Below are positions 47,150 through 60,620 of a DNA stretch of 64,000 nt, one piece after another. Below the pieces are notes generated by a model. It was not told the DNA's origin and did not search any database. It saw only the letters and a program-made list of their open reading frames with translations. The translations under genes were made by a program, and so were the position numbers. The DNA comes from Heterodontus francisci (taxonomy: Eukaryota), in contig NC_090380.1 in the NCBI RefSeq assembly GCF_036365525.1, positions 96,743,942 through 96,807,941 of the forward strand, read 5' to 3'. Each line of letters opens with the position of its first letter. The stretch's first letter is position 1.

Positions 47150-48352
47150 CAAAGAATAGGTCATGCTTGGCATACCTGATGGAATTTTTTGAGGAGGTGA
47201 CTAAAGTAATGGACAGATAAACCTCTATGTATGTTATTTTTATGGACTTCTGGTGGCATTTGATAAAGCCCATCAGAAAAGACTGTTACCTAAAGTTGAA
47301 GGCTGTAGAAATGAAGGCTAATTATTGACATGATTAGGAAATTGGCTGAGTGGCAGCAGACAGAGAGTAGGGATAATGGACAAGAACTCTAACTGGCAGG
47401 CTGTGACTGGAGGTGTCCCACAAGAATCTGCATTGGGGCCTCTACTATTCACCATTTTATTGCGATTTAGATGATGGGATAGAAAGCCATACATCCAAGT
47501 TTGTCAATGACTCAAGCATTTTAAGCAGTGTAGATAGAAGCATAAAATAAAAAATGTGAGATAATCCAGTCTGGATAGAAAAAGGATAGATCAAATTACT
47601 TTCTCAATGGTGAAAATCTAGAAATAGCGGAGGTCCAAAGAGACAGACAGGAGGTTGGGAGGATGGTGCTCCATGCACGTAGATCATTAAAATGCCTTGG
47701 ACAGGTACAGAAAATCAAAAAGAGAAATGGAATACTGTCCTTAATAACTAGAGGACTACAAGGGGAATAATGTTATTTTACTGCTATACAAGGCCTTGGT
47801 TAGACCAGACCTGGAGCACTGTCAGCAGTTCTGGGCACCACACCTTATGAAGGATATATTAGCCTTGGCGGGAGTGCAGCACACAGTTGTACCAGAATAA
47901 TACATGGACTCCAAGGTATCTCCAAGGAGAGATTACACAAACTAGGTTGTACTTCCATGAGTTTAGATTAAGAGGTGATTTGGTCGATGATTTCAAGATA
48001 TTAAGGGGAATAGATAGGTTAGACAAAGAGAAACTGTTTCCATTGGTTGGGGAATGTAGGAATGGGGGAATAGTCTAAAAATTAGAGCCTGACCTTTCAG
48101 GAGTTTAATTAGGAAAACCATCTACACGCAAAGGGTGGTAGAAATTTAGAACTCGCTTCCGCAAACAGCAATTGATGCTAGACCAATTGTTAATTTGAAA
48201 TCTGACATTGATAGATTTTTATTAACCAGAGGTATTAAGGGATATGGGGCAAAGGTGGGCTAATGGATTTAGGTCACAGACCAGTCATTATCTAACTCAA
48301 TGGTAGAACAAGCTTGAGGGGCTAAATTGCCCATTGCTGTTCCTTTGTTCCT
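47150..48352 (+). mobile_element. Decayed CR1 RT and 3' end
   Basis: RSCLAYLMEFFEEVTK, LRGDLVDDFKIL and a CR1 tail. Confidence 0.85.
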
Positions 48353-48489
48353 ACCTCACAGCTGCCAATGTCAGGGCTGTTGTTGTTGGCAGCTGTCTAG
48401 AGTAAATGAGGTGGTGCTACTCCAGCTACCTAACAAAAGGGTTGCCAGTACTTAAGAGTCTGCAGCCTCCCTGACAGAGATTCACTATG

Positions 48490-49170
48490 GGGGTGCAGGA
48501 ACTGAGGGACCTGGGGAGCGTACATACAGAAAAGATGGCAGATAAATTGATAAGGCTGTTAAAAAAAATGGGATCCTTGGCTTTATTAATAGAGGAATAG
48601 AGTACAATACCAAGGACAGTATGCTAAATCTTATAAAACACTGTTTAGGCCTCAGCTGTAATAAAGCTCTGAGCACCGTACTTTAGGAAAGATATCAAGG
48701 TCTTGCAGAAAAGATTTATTAGAATGGTACCAGGGATGAGGGACTTCAGTAATATGGAGAGAGTGGCGAAGCTGGGATTGTTCTCCTTCGGGCAGAGAAG
48801 GTTAAGAGGAGATTTGATAGAGGAGTTCAGAATCATGAATGGTTTTGATGGAGCAAATAAAGAGAAACTGCTTCCATTGGCAGAAGGGCCGCGTCAGAGG
48901 TCCCAGAATTAAGGTGATTGACAAAAGAATCACAGGAGACATGAGGCAGCATTCTTTTACAAGCCAGAAGCTGTGATCTGGAATGCATTGCCTGAAAGGC
49001 TGGTGGAAACAGATTCAACTGTCAAAAGAGAATTGGATAAACACTTGAAGGGGGAAAATAATTACACAGCTATGGGGAAAGAGCAGGGGCATGGGATTTG
49101 TTGGTTTGCTCTACCAAAAAACCAGCACTGGCATGAGTGGCCACCTTCTATGCTGTATCATTCTCTAATT
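48490..49170 (+). mobile_element. CR1 3' fragment
   Basis: QKRFIRMVPGM...RRLRGDLIE, IWNALPE. Confidence 0.85.
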
Positions 49171-50009
49171 AGAAAGAGAAGAGCCTGGTTTTCTGGCCAT
49201 GGGCAATTTGGGCTATCTGTATTGACCAGTGCTGTGACGTACCCAGCATTGCCCTGTATATATCTTCCCCAGCCAATGGAAAAGTTCTGACGGCCAGAAA
49301 CGAAGTCTTGACTCATGATTTTCAAATGATTGTGTACTGTACCGTTGGTTTTCAGGTGCAGTAGAATGGGAAAGCTTTTACAGCGAGATTACTGCAGAAT
49401 TGCTTCTTCTTGAAGTATTTTTTTTTAGTGCAAGGAAGGCATCAGCTACAGAGTTTGAGTAGCATGCTGGACTCAGTGGCAATCATGCCTGCTGGTGTGC
49501 TGGCAATCTGATCCCACTGGAGATTCTTGGCTCGGCTCCTGTGCCAGTATGGGCGCAGCTCTACCAGCTTAACAGGAGGCCTGTTTTCTACGTGACATCT
49601 TCTGGACTGGACACCAATTTTGTGCTGGTGGCCAGTTTGTTTAAATGCAAGGCTTCCAGGGAGTGGATACAAATTTACTTACCCCCTGTCCCTGTAGGAA
49701 ACTCCCACAGCCTGTGCCTTCATGGTAAATACACAGCAGAATAAGGTTCCGGCCAACTTTCCACTCCCCCTGTTAACAGTGGTGGAACACAGTATATATT
49801 AACAGCTTGTTTCCACACAGCTGTACGTGGTACTCCTACGTTACAGAAGCTGCACATCACTATAGCTATGGTAATGATGCACAAGATCAGGCCTAAACAC
49901 TGATGTCCCAGGTATCAAATCATGACGTCCGTTTAATACCTGGTAACCTGCATACAATGAGAATGCCAAATAAAAGTTAGGTGAGGAACAGTGAGCCTTT
50001 CCTCAGAAT

Positions 50010-50280
50010 ACTGTCTGCCATCCACAGGCCAGGTTGGACACAGCGAGCGAGGGTGATCACTTTGGCCGCCTGCCTCTCTCCTGCAGCTATGTCCACGCCC
50101 AGGCGGCCCTGAAGAAGGAGCCCACGATGTCAGCCGGTGCATTTGAGGTCTTCTGCAAATGGTGGACACTGCAGGAACTGGAGTGCATGATTGACGCTTA
50201 AATAATATTTAATTTAAGCTTCCTTTCTCTTTTGTATAATTTGGGTGTTTATAATGTGCGCTGCTCTAAAAAAAGCCTTT
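50010..50280 (+). mobile_element. Tx1-like (L1 group) LINE 3' fragment
   Basis: Decayed CL...YVHAQAALKKE...AGAFEVFCKWWTLQELECMID C-terminus followed by a T-rich UTR; family by recall. Confidence 0.5.
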
Positions 50281-51149
50281 TGTTAGATTCCTTTTATTTG
50301 TGTTGATGACCTGAGCAACCTAGTGGCATCCTAATTGTTTCAGTTAAAAATATAGAATGCTGTCTGCAGCTGCAAATCAGTTATTGTCAGGACAACCCCT
50401 GCAATATTGGCCATCACCAGTTAATTGTTCCAAACTCTATTGTCATGGTAACAGCAGGACGTAGGCCCAGGTCGAAGGGAGTCTTGCAGGTGGAGCAGTA
50501 CTGAGCTTAATGTGAAGATTATTGCCATTCCAACCTCTGGCATCGCCCTTCAACATATTTAGCGCCTCAATGAGTCTCCCGTTTTCAGGAGCTTATGCTG
50601 AGAATGGTCTTTAAAGATATTACATTTCCTTTGCTTTTTCACACCCTGGCAGGCTCGTTTTTGTATTTGTGAGATCTCTTTGTACCTTTAATATGTTGTA
50701 CTATTTTCATGTAGCTGGTGCAGGAAAGGTCAGAGCTCACAAAAAGGGGAACTGAAAAGACTGTGACAAATTTAGGCTGAAGCATTGACCGAAATCACTA
50801 CAGGTTTTACGTAGTGTTACTGTTTCAAAAAGATTTCTCGTTTTATGTGTGGGCAGAACAGGTTGGAAGCGAGACAAAAAATGGAGGTGGATACTGATGG
50901 CACGCAACATTAAGGGGTGTATCTGATGGAGATCAATAGAGAGCCTGCATTGATGGCTTTCTAAGAAAAATCTGGTTTAATTTAATGAGGTTTGAAAACT
51001 CACCCTGTTCTCCTTCAAATTATGTCTTTTTTTGTACATTTCAGTCTCCCTCTGTGGGACAGGACTGGGGGTTTGCTGTAAGTTAACTGAAATGAAAAAA
51101 GATTTGGAAGGTTAGCTGCAGTTGCATTCCAGTGTGATGATCTTAATAA

Positions 51150-51402
51150 GACAGTGTGACCAAGAGTTTCATTGGAACACTGCAGCAGGCCAAGGACAGG
51201 AAGGTGGGAGTAAAGTGCAGAAGTAAAATGACAGGCAGCTGGAAGCTCGGGGTCATGATTGTGGACTGAACGGAGGCATTCCATAAAGCAGTCCACCCAG
51301 TCTGCACTTGGTCTCCTGAATATTGAAGAGACCTCATCATGAGCAGTATAAGTATAGTAAATTGACGGAAGCACAAGTAAATCGCTGTTTCACTTGGAAG
51401 GA
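51150..51402 (-). mobile_element. Penelope GIY-YIG fragment
   Basis: ECLRSVHNHDPELPAACHF...VLGLLQCSNE. Confidence 0.75.
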
Positions 51403-51730
51403 GACTTGCAGAACTATGGCGATCGAGCAGGGCAATGGGACTGACTGGATTACTCTACAGAAAGATGGCCTGGACTTGATGGGCTGAATGGTCTCGTTCT
51501 ACACCGTAATGACTCTATGACTCTAAGTGCTCTGTGTTTCAGGAGAAGCAGAACCTGTACCACGCCTTAGTGATCTCAACATTAATTGAACTTAATCAAC
51601 TAAAAGCAGTTCAACACATTGTTACTGTTAGGCTCACAAAGCCAACAATACCTGTATTGCAGTAAAAACAGACAATTCAGGAAACACTCAGCGGTCTGGC
51701 AGCATCTATATTAAGAGAAAAACAGTTAAC

Positions 51731-52418
51731 GGGCTAGATTTTGTGCAGGAGGCAGGGCTCCTGGCACCGGCTCAAAAAGGTGGGGGAACCCGCCTCTGTC
51801 TTTTTGCACCAACCCGTCCCCAGAGCAATCTAAGTTTCACGAGCTAGGATCCCCATCCTTTTAAAGATCACGGGGCCTGCAATTCAGCAGTATCAGCAGC
51901 TCCACTGGGAGCAGTGGCCACCGCCAGAAACCTCGGAATCCAGGCCAAGCACTGGAACCCAGACCTCAGGTAAGTGAGGCAGGGTCGCCGAAGCCTGTCC
52001 AAAAGGCCCTGGCGGGGGATGGTCATGCAGTTCAGGAGGAGGAGGATCCCGGGGGGGTAAGGTTGTTCCCAGCAGGGGTCCTCCGTGGGCCACTAATTGC
52101 CCACGAAGGAGAGACACCCCCAAGACCATAGAAAGGGTGACTCATTTTACATGGCACCCTGCCTGTGTGGTGGCGACACCTCCCCCGCCGCTGGTAAGAT
52201 CCCAGTGGCAACAGGAAGAGGCCCTTACTTAGCTGTTAATAGGCTACTTAATGGCCTCAATTGGCCTCTGGGTGGGAAGGATGTCGTCGGGGTCTATCTC
52301 GCCCCTGGGAAAATCGCTTGGCGATGGGCTCTCCGCTCCCCCCCCCCCACCGCCCCCGCCACCTATCGCAATTCTATGGGCCACCCCCACCTCAGGGGGG
52401 GGCCATAAAATCCAGCCG
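51731..52418. mobile_element. PIF/Harbinger-type MITE inserted into a Penelope pLTR
   Basis: GGGCTAGATTTT ... AAAATCCAGCCG; flanks AAC / ATC. Confidence 0.72.
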
Positions 52419-52556
52419 ATCGTTGCAAGCCCTGTGACCTTTTATCAGAACTCATCTGAACTTTCAGAACTCATCATCAGCTACAAGCAAGCATTAAAAC
52501 ATGTTCAAGGGTACCAGGAGATTTCAGAAAGAAAAATAAGAAGTTTACAGCGTGTC

Positions 52557-52692
52557 AGTTCTGATGAGAAGCCATCGACCTGAAACGTTAACTCTGTTTC
52601 TCTCTCCACAGATGCTGCCAGATGTGCTGAGTATTTCCAGCATTTTCTGTTTATATTGCGGATTTCCAGCATCTGCAGTATTTTGCTTTTGT
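52557..52692 (+). mobile_element. Penelope pLTR with hammerhead core at 52557-52593
   Basis: AGTT-CTGATGA-...-GAAACGTT-AACT; stem II imperfect. Confidence 0.75.
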
Positions 52693-53319
52693 AATACTTG
52701 TGTTGCTTCTCCCTGCAGGCCTGCCTCAGCTCTGAAACACTGGGTTTTATAACCTCCTTGCTGGCTTCAAATGCTGTTGTGAGAGTCTAACTGGCTGGCA
52801 CCATCCATTCCCTATGGTCCTAGTGCCCGAAAATAATGGAAGTGAATTTACACCATAAATGTACTTAGTAACCAGTACCTTGACCCTTAGCAACTGGTCT
52901 CTTGGCCCTTAAGAAGTGAATATATCATCACGATAATATTATAAAGATAATTTCAGGCAGAATAAGACCATCATTCTACCGAGGAAAGCCATCTGATTAT
53001 CATCATTTCTAAATATTTCTGGCTTCAGGCAGTTAAATATGAAAATAAATATTAAAATAAAATTGGTTACATGCCTGGGTCACTTGTTGATAGACAGTAG
53101 TTGTTGTGCATTGCATTATAGTTTATCTTACAGCTGTTTACCTTTAAAGGAATAATGCTGTAGCATGCAGGACAAATAGATACCTAAGATCTGCAAGCTC
53201 AGACTAAATAAATATGAAGCTAACTCAATTAACAAGCAAATTAAAAGTTAAATAAATAACTTGTACAAAAGGAGAAAAGGTTAGAGTTTCACTTGAACAA
53301 ATAAAGGGCCAAGGAGCTT

Positions 53320-53595
53320 TCGTAAGAGTGGTTAAACTAAGGCCCTATCTGTCCTCTCTGATGGACATAGAAGATCCCATGGCATTATTCCAAAGTAGAG
53401 CAATGGAGATCTCCCAGTGTCCTGGCCAATATTCACCCCTCAACCAACTTCAGCAAAATAGGTGATCTGGTCATTTATCAGATTGCTGATGATAGGAATG
53501 TACCACATTTCCATACATTACAACAATGGCTACACTTCAAAAGCACTTTGGGACTTCTGAGGTTGTAAAAGGCACTTTGTAAATTCAATTCATTA
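53320..53595 (+). mobile_element. SacSINE1/DeuSINE-like 3' half
   Basis: AGATCCCATGGCATTATT...GTGTCCTGGCCAATATT...CTGGTCATT. Confidence 0.7.
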
Positions 53596-53949
53596 TCTCA
53601 TAGCTCTGTAGGCATTGCTTTCTTAAAAATTCAACTGAGTCTTCAATTGTTGTGCCTGTAGATGCTGTTTGTTAAAAATTTGGGGAATCGCAAGACAGTT
53701 ATCCTTCCCTACCTTGGCTCAGATCTCTGAAATGAGATGATGTTACCTGATCCATATGAAATAAAATCATGTGATTCTGCCAAGCCAGTATAGGATCTGC
53801 CAAAAAGGATTTCAAGATAGACACTAGTTCAAAGGCCTATTGTGAAGCTTCAGAGGTTAGGAAAAAATGATGCTGTTGAAAATAACAAAATAGTCACCAT
53901 CTTTAATGGGAAATTTATGTTCATATGATCAATCATAAGCTCCTTTCTT

Positions 53950-54890
53950 AATTGCTAAGGCTGATAAAATCTTTTTTCCACTGGTGAGGGAGTCTAGGAA
54001 AAGGGGACTTAACCAAGAAATCACAGCCAGGCTATTCAGGAGAGAAGTTAGGAAACATTTCCTTACACAAAGGATGGTAGAAGTGTGGAATTCTCTCCCA
54101 CAAAAAGCAGCAGATGGTAGCTCAAATAATAATTTAAAATCTGAAACCAATTTTTGCCATCCGACGGAATAAAAGTATATGAAATGAAGGCAGGTGGGTG
54201 GGTGGACGTTACCAAAGTCAAGGGATGGATTACCCAGCACACCAGATGAATAAATGAATTTCAAAAGAATTTAAAAATCGCTTTCTATTCATGAAACAGA
54301 TAGAAGGCATATTCTATCATAAGGGCATATTATCAATAATGCCCAACAATCCTGGAATGACACAGTGCAGAAGGAGGCCATTCAGCCAATCATGCCTGTG
54401 CTGCCTCTTTGAAAGAGCTATCCAATTACTCCCAGTCCCCTGCTCTTTCCCCATAGCACTGCAAATTTTTCCCCTTCAAGTATTTCTCCAATTCCCTTTA
54501 GAAAGTTACTATTAAACCCATAGCCACCACCCTTTCAAGCAGTGCATTCCAGATCATAACAACTTACTGAGTAAAAAATTGTTGCTTCATGTTGCCTCTG
54601 GTTCTTTTGCTAATTACCTTAGATCTGTGTCACCTGGTTATTGACCCTTCTACCACTGCAAACAGCTTCTCCTTACTTACTCTATCAAAAACCTTTATGA
54701 TTTTGAACACTTCTACCAAATCGCCCTTAACCTTCTCTGCTGTCGTCTCTCAAAATAACTAAACTCCCTGATCTTTGGTGACAATCTAGTAAATCTTCTC
54801 TGTACCCTCTTTAGGGCATTGACATGCTTCCTAAAGTGTGATGCCCAGAACTGGCCACAATACTCCCCCTGGGCCTAACCGGTGTTTATA
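53950..54890. mobile_element. Two CR1 3' fragments (+ 53950-54190; - 54355-54890)
   Basis: HFLTQRMVEVWNSLP; reverse-strand IWNAL and CR1 tail. Confidence 0.8.
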
Positions 54891-54948
54891 AAGCAGTGCA
54901 TTTGCGTCATTGACTATTTCTTCACTGTGACTGGATATGTTATATGTT

Positions 54949-55664
54949 GGGCTGGATTTAGTGGTGCCAGTGAAAAGGTGGTGAGAAACTCACCTCGGCC
55001 ATTCGGTGTAGCACCGCATCGGCTCTATTTAACGTCGCCGAGGTAATTAACTGCCTGGCACTGGGATCCCCGTCCCTATAAAGACCTGCCAGCCAATTAG
55101 AGGGCCAACAGCTCAGTAGTATCAGCAGCGCCACCGGGAGCAGTGGCCATTGCCGTTACTACAGGAGGTCTTGAAACCAGGTCCATCGCTGGAGATTCGG
55201 ACCCCAGTTAAGTGAGGCGGGGTCATCAGGGCCCATCCAGCAGGCCCCAGCGATGGGGGTGAGGGAGAGTGGGCATTGAGTGTAGCAGGAGGGAGGTTCA
55301 GGAAGGTGGGTTGTTTTCCACCGGGGGCTGTCTTTGGGCCTCAGATTGCCCACAGAGTAGGCCCCACCCCCAAACCCACAAGGAGGTTGTCTTGTTTTAT
55401 TGGCAACCTCCCTGCATAGCATTGCCCCCGCTCCCCCACTCCAGTGCTGGCTTAATACCAGTGGCAGGGGGAAGAGGCCCTTAAATGGCTCATAATAGGC
55501 CTCTTAAGGGCCTCAATTGGCCTCTGGGAGGGAAGGCAGTTGCCGACGTATTTGCGATGCGAGGGGAAGACAATGGGCCCTCCACCCCTCGCCTCCCATC
55601 GCAATTCTGTGGGGTCCCCCTGCCTCCTAGCCCATTTCCGGGGGGATCATTAAATGCCAGGTTT
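54949..55664. mobile_element. PIF/Harbinger-type MITE
   Basis: Starts GGGCTGGATTTAGTGG; right TIR decayed; body matches 46411 and 51731 copies. Confidence 0.65.
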
Positions 55665-56484
55665 GCTAACATCTCTAGATCTTTTGACTTCATCACTAAC
55701 TTCTTAAATATCATTCCTAGCATGTCACTTTTTCCTTCCAGTGTCAACACATTATTTTTTGTTCTTATAACTTTTAAACAAAATCTATTACAATTGGACA
55801 ACATAGGTAAAGGTATCAAGTCAAAGTGACACAGGTAGAGACCATCTGACCATATGAAGATTTAAACAATGCTAATTTTATATTAGTATCATCCTGCACA
55901 TCTGGTATATGTATATTCAGGAATTTAGCAAGTTTCCAAATGTGTGCACTCTGAGAAACTTTCACTTCCAGTACTGACAAAGAATACACTTTCAGTTATG
56001 TTTTAAAAGAATATTAAAGAAGTGTATTTATTTTGTATATGAGCTCATAAAAAGCCAAAAATTATAAAAGGCGGAAACGTTGGGCATAACATTAAGTACA
56101 AACTGTTCTTTCATCTGAATACATTGAGAAATCACCTCCTTCCTGATAGGAGATAACAGGGCAGATTTTGAACTGATGCTTTTCTTGTAGGAGTAATTAA
56201 TGTATTAAATTTCACTCTGGGCCAAATTAATATAGACCTTAGGCCAGTTACCTTAAATAGCCAAACACAAACCACTTTCCAGTCATCATCCTCTACTGTG
56301 AAATCAATGTTTCCAAATTGCTTCACACCACAAACAAAATCTCACAAAGTTGGTGTCACGTTTTAATTGTATCTTCTCTTTATTTTCAGAGAAATTAGTT
56401 GTTGAACCAAGAATGGTCAGTTTTAGTTCATTTCACATATAAGAATTTTTAGGAACAGGTAAAACTCATTCGGCCCCACACCCA

Positions 56485-56770
56485 GATGAGGGCGTTGTTA
56501 GGACTGAAATGAGGAGAAATTTCTTCACTCAGAAAGTTGTGAATCTTTGGAATTTTCTACCCCAGAGGGTTGTGGATGCTCTATCGTTGAATATATTTCA
56601 GGCTGAGATAGAAAGACCTTTGATCTCTCAGGGATTCAAGAGATTTGAGGAGTGAGCGGGCGGGAAAGTGAAGTTGAGGCAGAAGATTAGCCATGATTGT
56701 ATTGAATTGCGAAGCAGGCTCGAGGGGCCTTATGGTCTACTCTTGCTTCTATTTCTTATGTTTTTATGTT
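56485..56770 (+). mobile_element. CR1 3' fragment
   Basis: RTEMRRNFFTQKVVNLWNFLP plus tail. Confidence 0.85.
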
Positions 56771-58739
56771 CCGTTTTTCAAAATAATGGACACATTTAAG
56801 GTTAGGATTAGGTTTTGTTGGCTTGGATTTGCTCTTATTGCCGATTAGCACATGAAATTCTTCACTCACATCCCTAAGACCATATGTGGCAGTTCTTAGG
56901 CAATATCCAAAGTGAAAAGAGGAACTCAATATGGAAAATATAAACCATTTCCGTTGCATGCCATTTATTGAATAACAGATTACTTGGTGTCGATAAAATA
57001 CAAGAACTGATGCTCCAGTCTTGTTACTGGTTCTGAAACAAAACTTCCTTCATCCACTGAAACTATGTACTCGAAGATAGTACATTTTTAATGGGAGTGA
57101 TGAACATGAATATTCTTCTGCTCAGGTTTTTCTTTTGTACAGTTGATCATCTAGGCAGGAATTCTCAGGATAATTCAGAAGGTCTTTCAGTGGCATAGCA
57201 GACAAGTAGAGGTTCGATACAGGGAATTACAATGAAACCTTTCAAGGCACAAGTGCAACTCCATCAAGAGCTTAGAGTGTAAATGGGCTCCATGTTGTGA
57301 TATTAAAGGCCAAGAAGGTGCAATCCCCAGTTTGTACTGCGTTAGCTGACTTCAGCGCTGAAACCACAATTGTTAGTGTCCCTCGGCTTAGAAGAGAGTA
57401 AAAATGATCTAGGATGCAATTTGCTCGTTCCTTGCCTGAAAAATGGGTTGACACCCCATTTGACACACAAGGTTTTCCTGACTCAATTTTCAGACCTGAC
57501 AAAATAGACAAGCAGCCCAATCCAACCCACCTGAAACAGGTGGGAGGCTACTTACTAAGTCGGGGTCCAACTCCAGCTATACCTTGATTGCCATACAGTG
57601 GGGTGTCAGTGAGGCACCAGCAACCGTTCAGTGACATGTTAATGAGTCCTGAGCCTCAGAATGTCTCAGGGCCTCACACCGTCACCAACAGGGCAGGCGG
57701 AGGAGCCATTCTGCCCACTTGCATCCATTCTGGGTGGATGTCAGTGATTGCCCCCTCAGGGTTCTCATCCCTGACTGCTTTGGCAGATGATTGGCAACAA
57801 ACCCTGAGGATATTTCATGCCTCGGTGTAGAAGGGGCAAAGAGAATGTGGGGAAAGCTGGAAGAATAAAGGTTATCTATCACTGCTGGAGGTGCACATTC
57901 TTAGAAGTCTGATGGGATACCCGCCAGGACCAGCAGTTTGTGGAAACTTAAGGACTGATTAATCCCTCACCACCATGGAGTGAGTGAGTGAGTGAGTACA
58001 GGTGTGGTGGGGGGATGGTGGGGCGGGGGTTCGTGTCGCATTCACAATATATTCCCGCTCCCCACCAATTTTACGCACCTGAATTCAGGAACAGGAAGGC
58101 TACCCATTCCAAAGGAGTGGGGGCCTCATTTAAAGTGTAATGTCACATCCCAATGATGTCACTGGGATGCGGGTGCCATTTTAACTGTGGGCCCAACTAC
58201 AGTCCATACCATCTCTTGCTCACCAACGATGACAGCTAGGATCCAGGCCCAGGCGAAGTGGTTTTTCTTTTTGTATATTTTTAAACATTTCTGATGCTCC
58301 CCCAGCCCCACAAAGGTACCTTAGGTCTCCCCTGCCTAGCGTTTCCCAGCCCACCCAGCCTAAGCCTAGATTTGTCGACCCTTCCGCAATCTGTATTTAT
58401 TCTGTTGGGGAGCATTTCCGTGGGTCCAGGGTGACTGCCTGACTGCTCCCCCACAAATTTTGACTCCAGCGGTGATGCCATTTCCACCAGCTTTAGGCAG
58501 GACTCAATCGAAACTCCAAAGGGGAAGGTGGATTGTTTTCTGCCCACTTGGGCTGCCAGACCCAGATTCACACTCTGAGCTAAAATCAACTCTGGACCAA
58601 CAGCTGAAAATAGCCACTGGGGAGAAGTACAGGAAGACTATTGATCGGAGTGGAATCGTGGTACTCCTGCATGAGTTAGCCTTGAGGTACAGAAGGGGAG
58701 AAATTGAAGATGTGAAGAATATAAAGAGAATATTAACAC

Positions 58740-58985
58740 TGTCCAGAGGGGCTATGGAACAATGTTTTTAAGCAGTGAGTTGGTATTTTCTGGAAAGGCG
58801 GCAGATTCAATAGTAACATTCTAAAGGAAATTGGATAAATAATTCAGAAGGAAAGGTTTTCACGGTGACAGGGAAAGAACGGGGTTGAGGAGGATGGTGG
58901 GACTAAATGGATAACTCTTTCAAAGAGACGACACAGGCATGATGGGTCAAATGGCCTCCTTCTGTGCTGTATGATTCTGTGAAGT
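58740..58985 (+). mobile_element. CR1 3' tail fragment
   Basis: ATGGCCTCCTTCTGTGCTGTATGATTCT terminus. Confidence 0.7.
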
Positions 58986-59324
58986 TAACAGTCTCTTTTC
59001 AAAGCAAAGATGCAGGTTTCCTTCAGTATTGGGCTTCCCATGTTCTTAGTATGGTATCAAGGAGTAGCAATATAAAACAGTTTTATTGATTTTAGCAATT
59101 AAATTATTAAGATTTAGTTGGCTGGAAAACTGGACCAGTTAAATTGTACTCTGAGATAGCACCAGGTTAGGAAATGGCCTCATTGAAAAGGGAACAAGTG
59201 TCCAGTTTTATCACTTGAATGATAATAGTGTCCCTAGGAAGGAAATAGGCTTCAAAAAAACACTATGAATCTATAATTGTGTGACATGGCCTCCTTCTTA
59301 GCAGGAAATGTCTATCCATTGAAT

Positions 59325-60112
59325 TTTTTTATTCTTTCATGGGATGTGGGCAACACTGGCAAGCCTAGTATTTGTTGCCCATCCCTAATTGCCCTTGAGA
59401 AGGTGGTGGTGAGCTGCCTTCTTGAACCGCTGCAGAACCGATACTCCCACAGTACTGTTAGGAAGGGAGTTCCAGGATTTAGATCCAGCGACAATGAAGG
59501 AATGGCGATGTAGTTCCAAGTCAGGATGGCATGTGACTTGGAGGGGAACTTGCAGCAGGTGGTGTTCCCATGCATCTGCTGGCCTAGTCCTTCGAGGTGG
59601 AAAAGGTTGCAGGTTTGGAAGGTGCTGTCAAAAGAGGTAAGGTGAGTTGCTGCAGTGCATCTTGTATATGGTACACACTGCTGCATTGTGAGTGAATGTT
59701 GAAGGTGGTGGATGGGATGCCGATCAAGCGGGCTGCTTTGACCTGGACGATATCGAGCTGCCTGAGTGTTGTTGGAGTCACATTCATCCAGGCAAGTAGA
59801 GAGTATTCCATCACACTCCCGATTTGTGCCTTGTAGATGGTGGACAGGCTTTGGGGAGACAGGAGGTGAGTTACTCGCCGCAGAATTCCTAGCCTCTGAC
59901 CTGTTCTTGTAGCCATGGTATTTATGTGGCTGGTCCAGTTCAGTTTCTGGTCAATATTAACCTCCAGGATGTTGATAGCAGGGGATTCAGTGATGGTAAT
60001 GCTGTTGAATGTCAAGAGGAGATGGTTAGTTCTCTCTTATTGGCGGTCATTGCCTGGCACTGTGTGACGTGAATGTTACTTGCCAGTTATCAGCCCAAGT
60101 CTGAATGTTGTC
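59325..60112 (-). mobile_element. Older 5'-truncated copy of the tRNA-headed LINE family
   Basis: ORF 59584-60015 matches ORF 26111-26377; same tail. Confidence 0.9.
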
Positions 60113-60405
60113 CAGCCCCATTTGGGGGCATTTTGCTATGGTGCTGGTATTTTCCTGCTGTTGAACTGGCCCTCCTGCCATGTGCAGAGGCCTGACAGTG
60201 ATTGAAGGTGGCCTCTTGGCAGCAGGACGAATGGCCAGCAGAGCTGGAAACTCCGTGCCCCAGTGACAGGGTCACGGGGCTTAAAGGCTGCAACCTTCTC
60301 CATGACTATTCCTCAAGGAGGGGTTTCCCCTCTACATTAATAGCCTACTGGTTTCAGACCTCTTTATTTGTTGACTTCTCTGCAGGCAACCAAGGGTGCC
60401 TTCAT

Positions 60406-60620
60406 AATAAAAACAGAAAGCGCTGGAAATACACAGCAGGTCTGGCAGCATCTGTGGAGAGAGAGAAACAGTCAACGTTTCAGATCTATGACCTTCCAGT
60501 TCTGATAACAGGTCACAGACCAGAAACATTAACATTTTCTCTCTCCACAGATGCTACCAGACCTGCTGAGTATTTCCAGTGCTTTCTGTTTTTATTTCAG
60601 ATTTCCAGTATTTTGCTTTT
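60406..60620. repeat. Inverted pair of Penelope pLTR fragments (hairpin)
   Basis: 60406-~60495 is the approximate reverse complement of ~60510-60596. Confidence 0.8.

Noticed and set aside
57475-58592. Further GC-rich MITE-like stretches (also ~42605-42930 and ~60630-60910)
   Set aside because: Termini too degenerate to define boundaries or TSDs by eye
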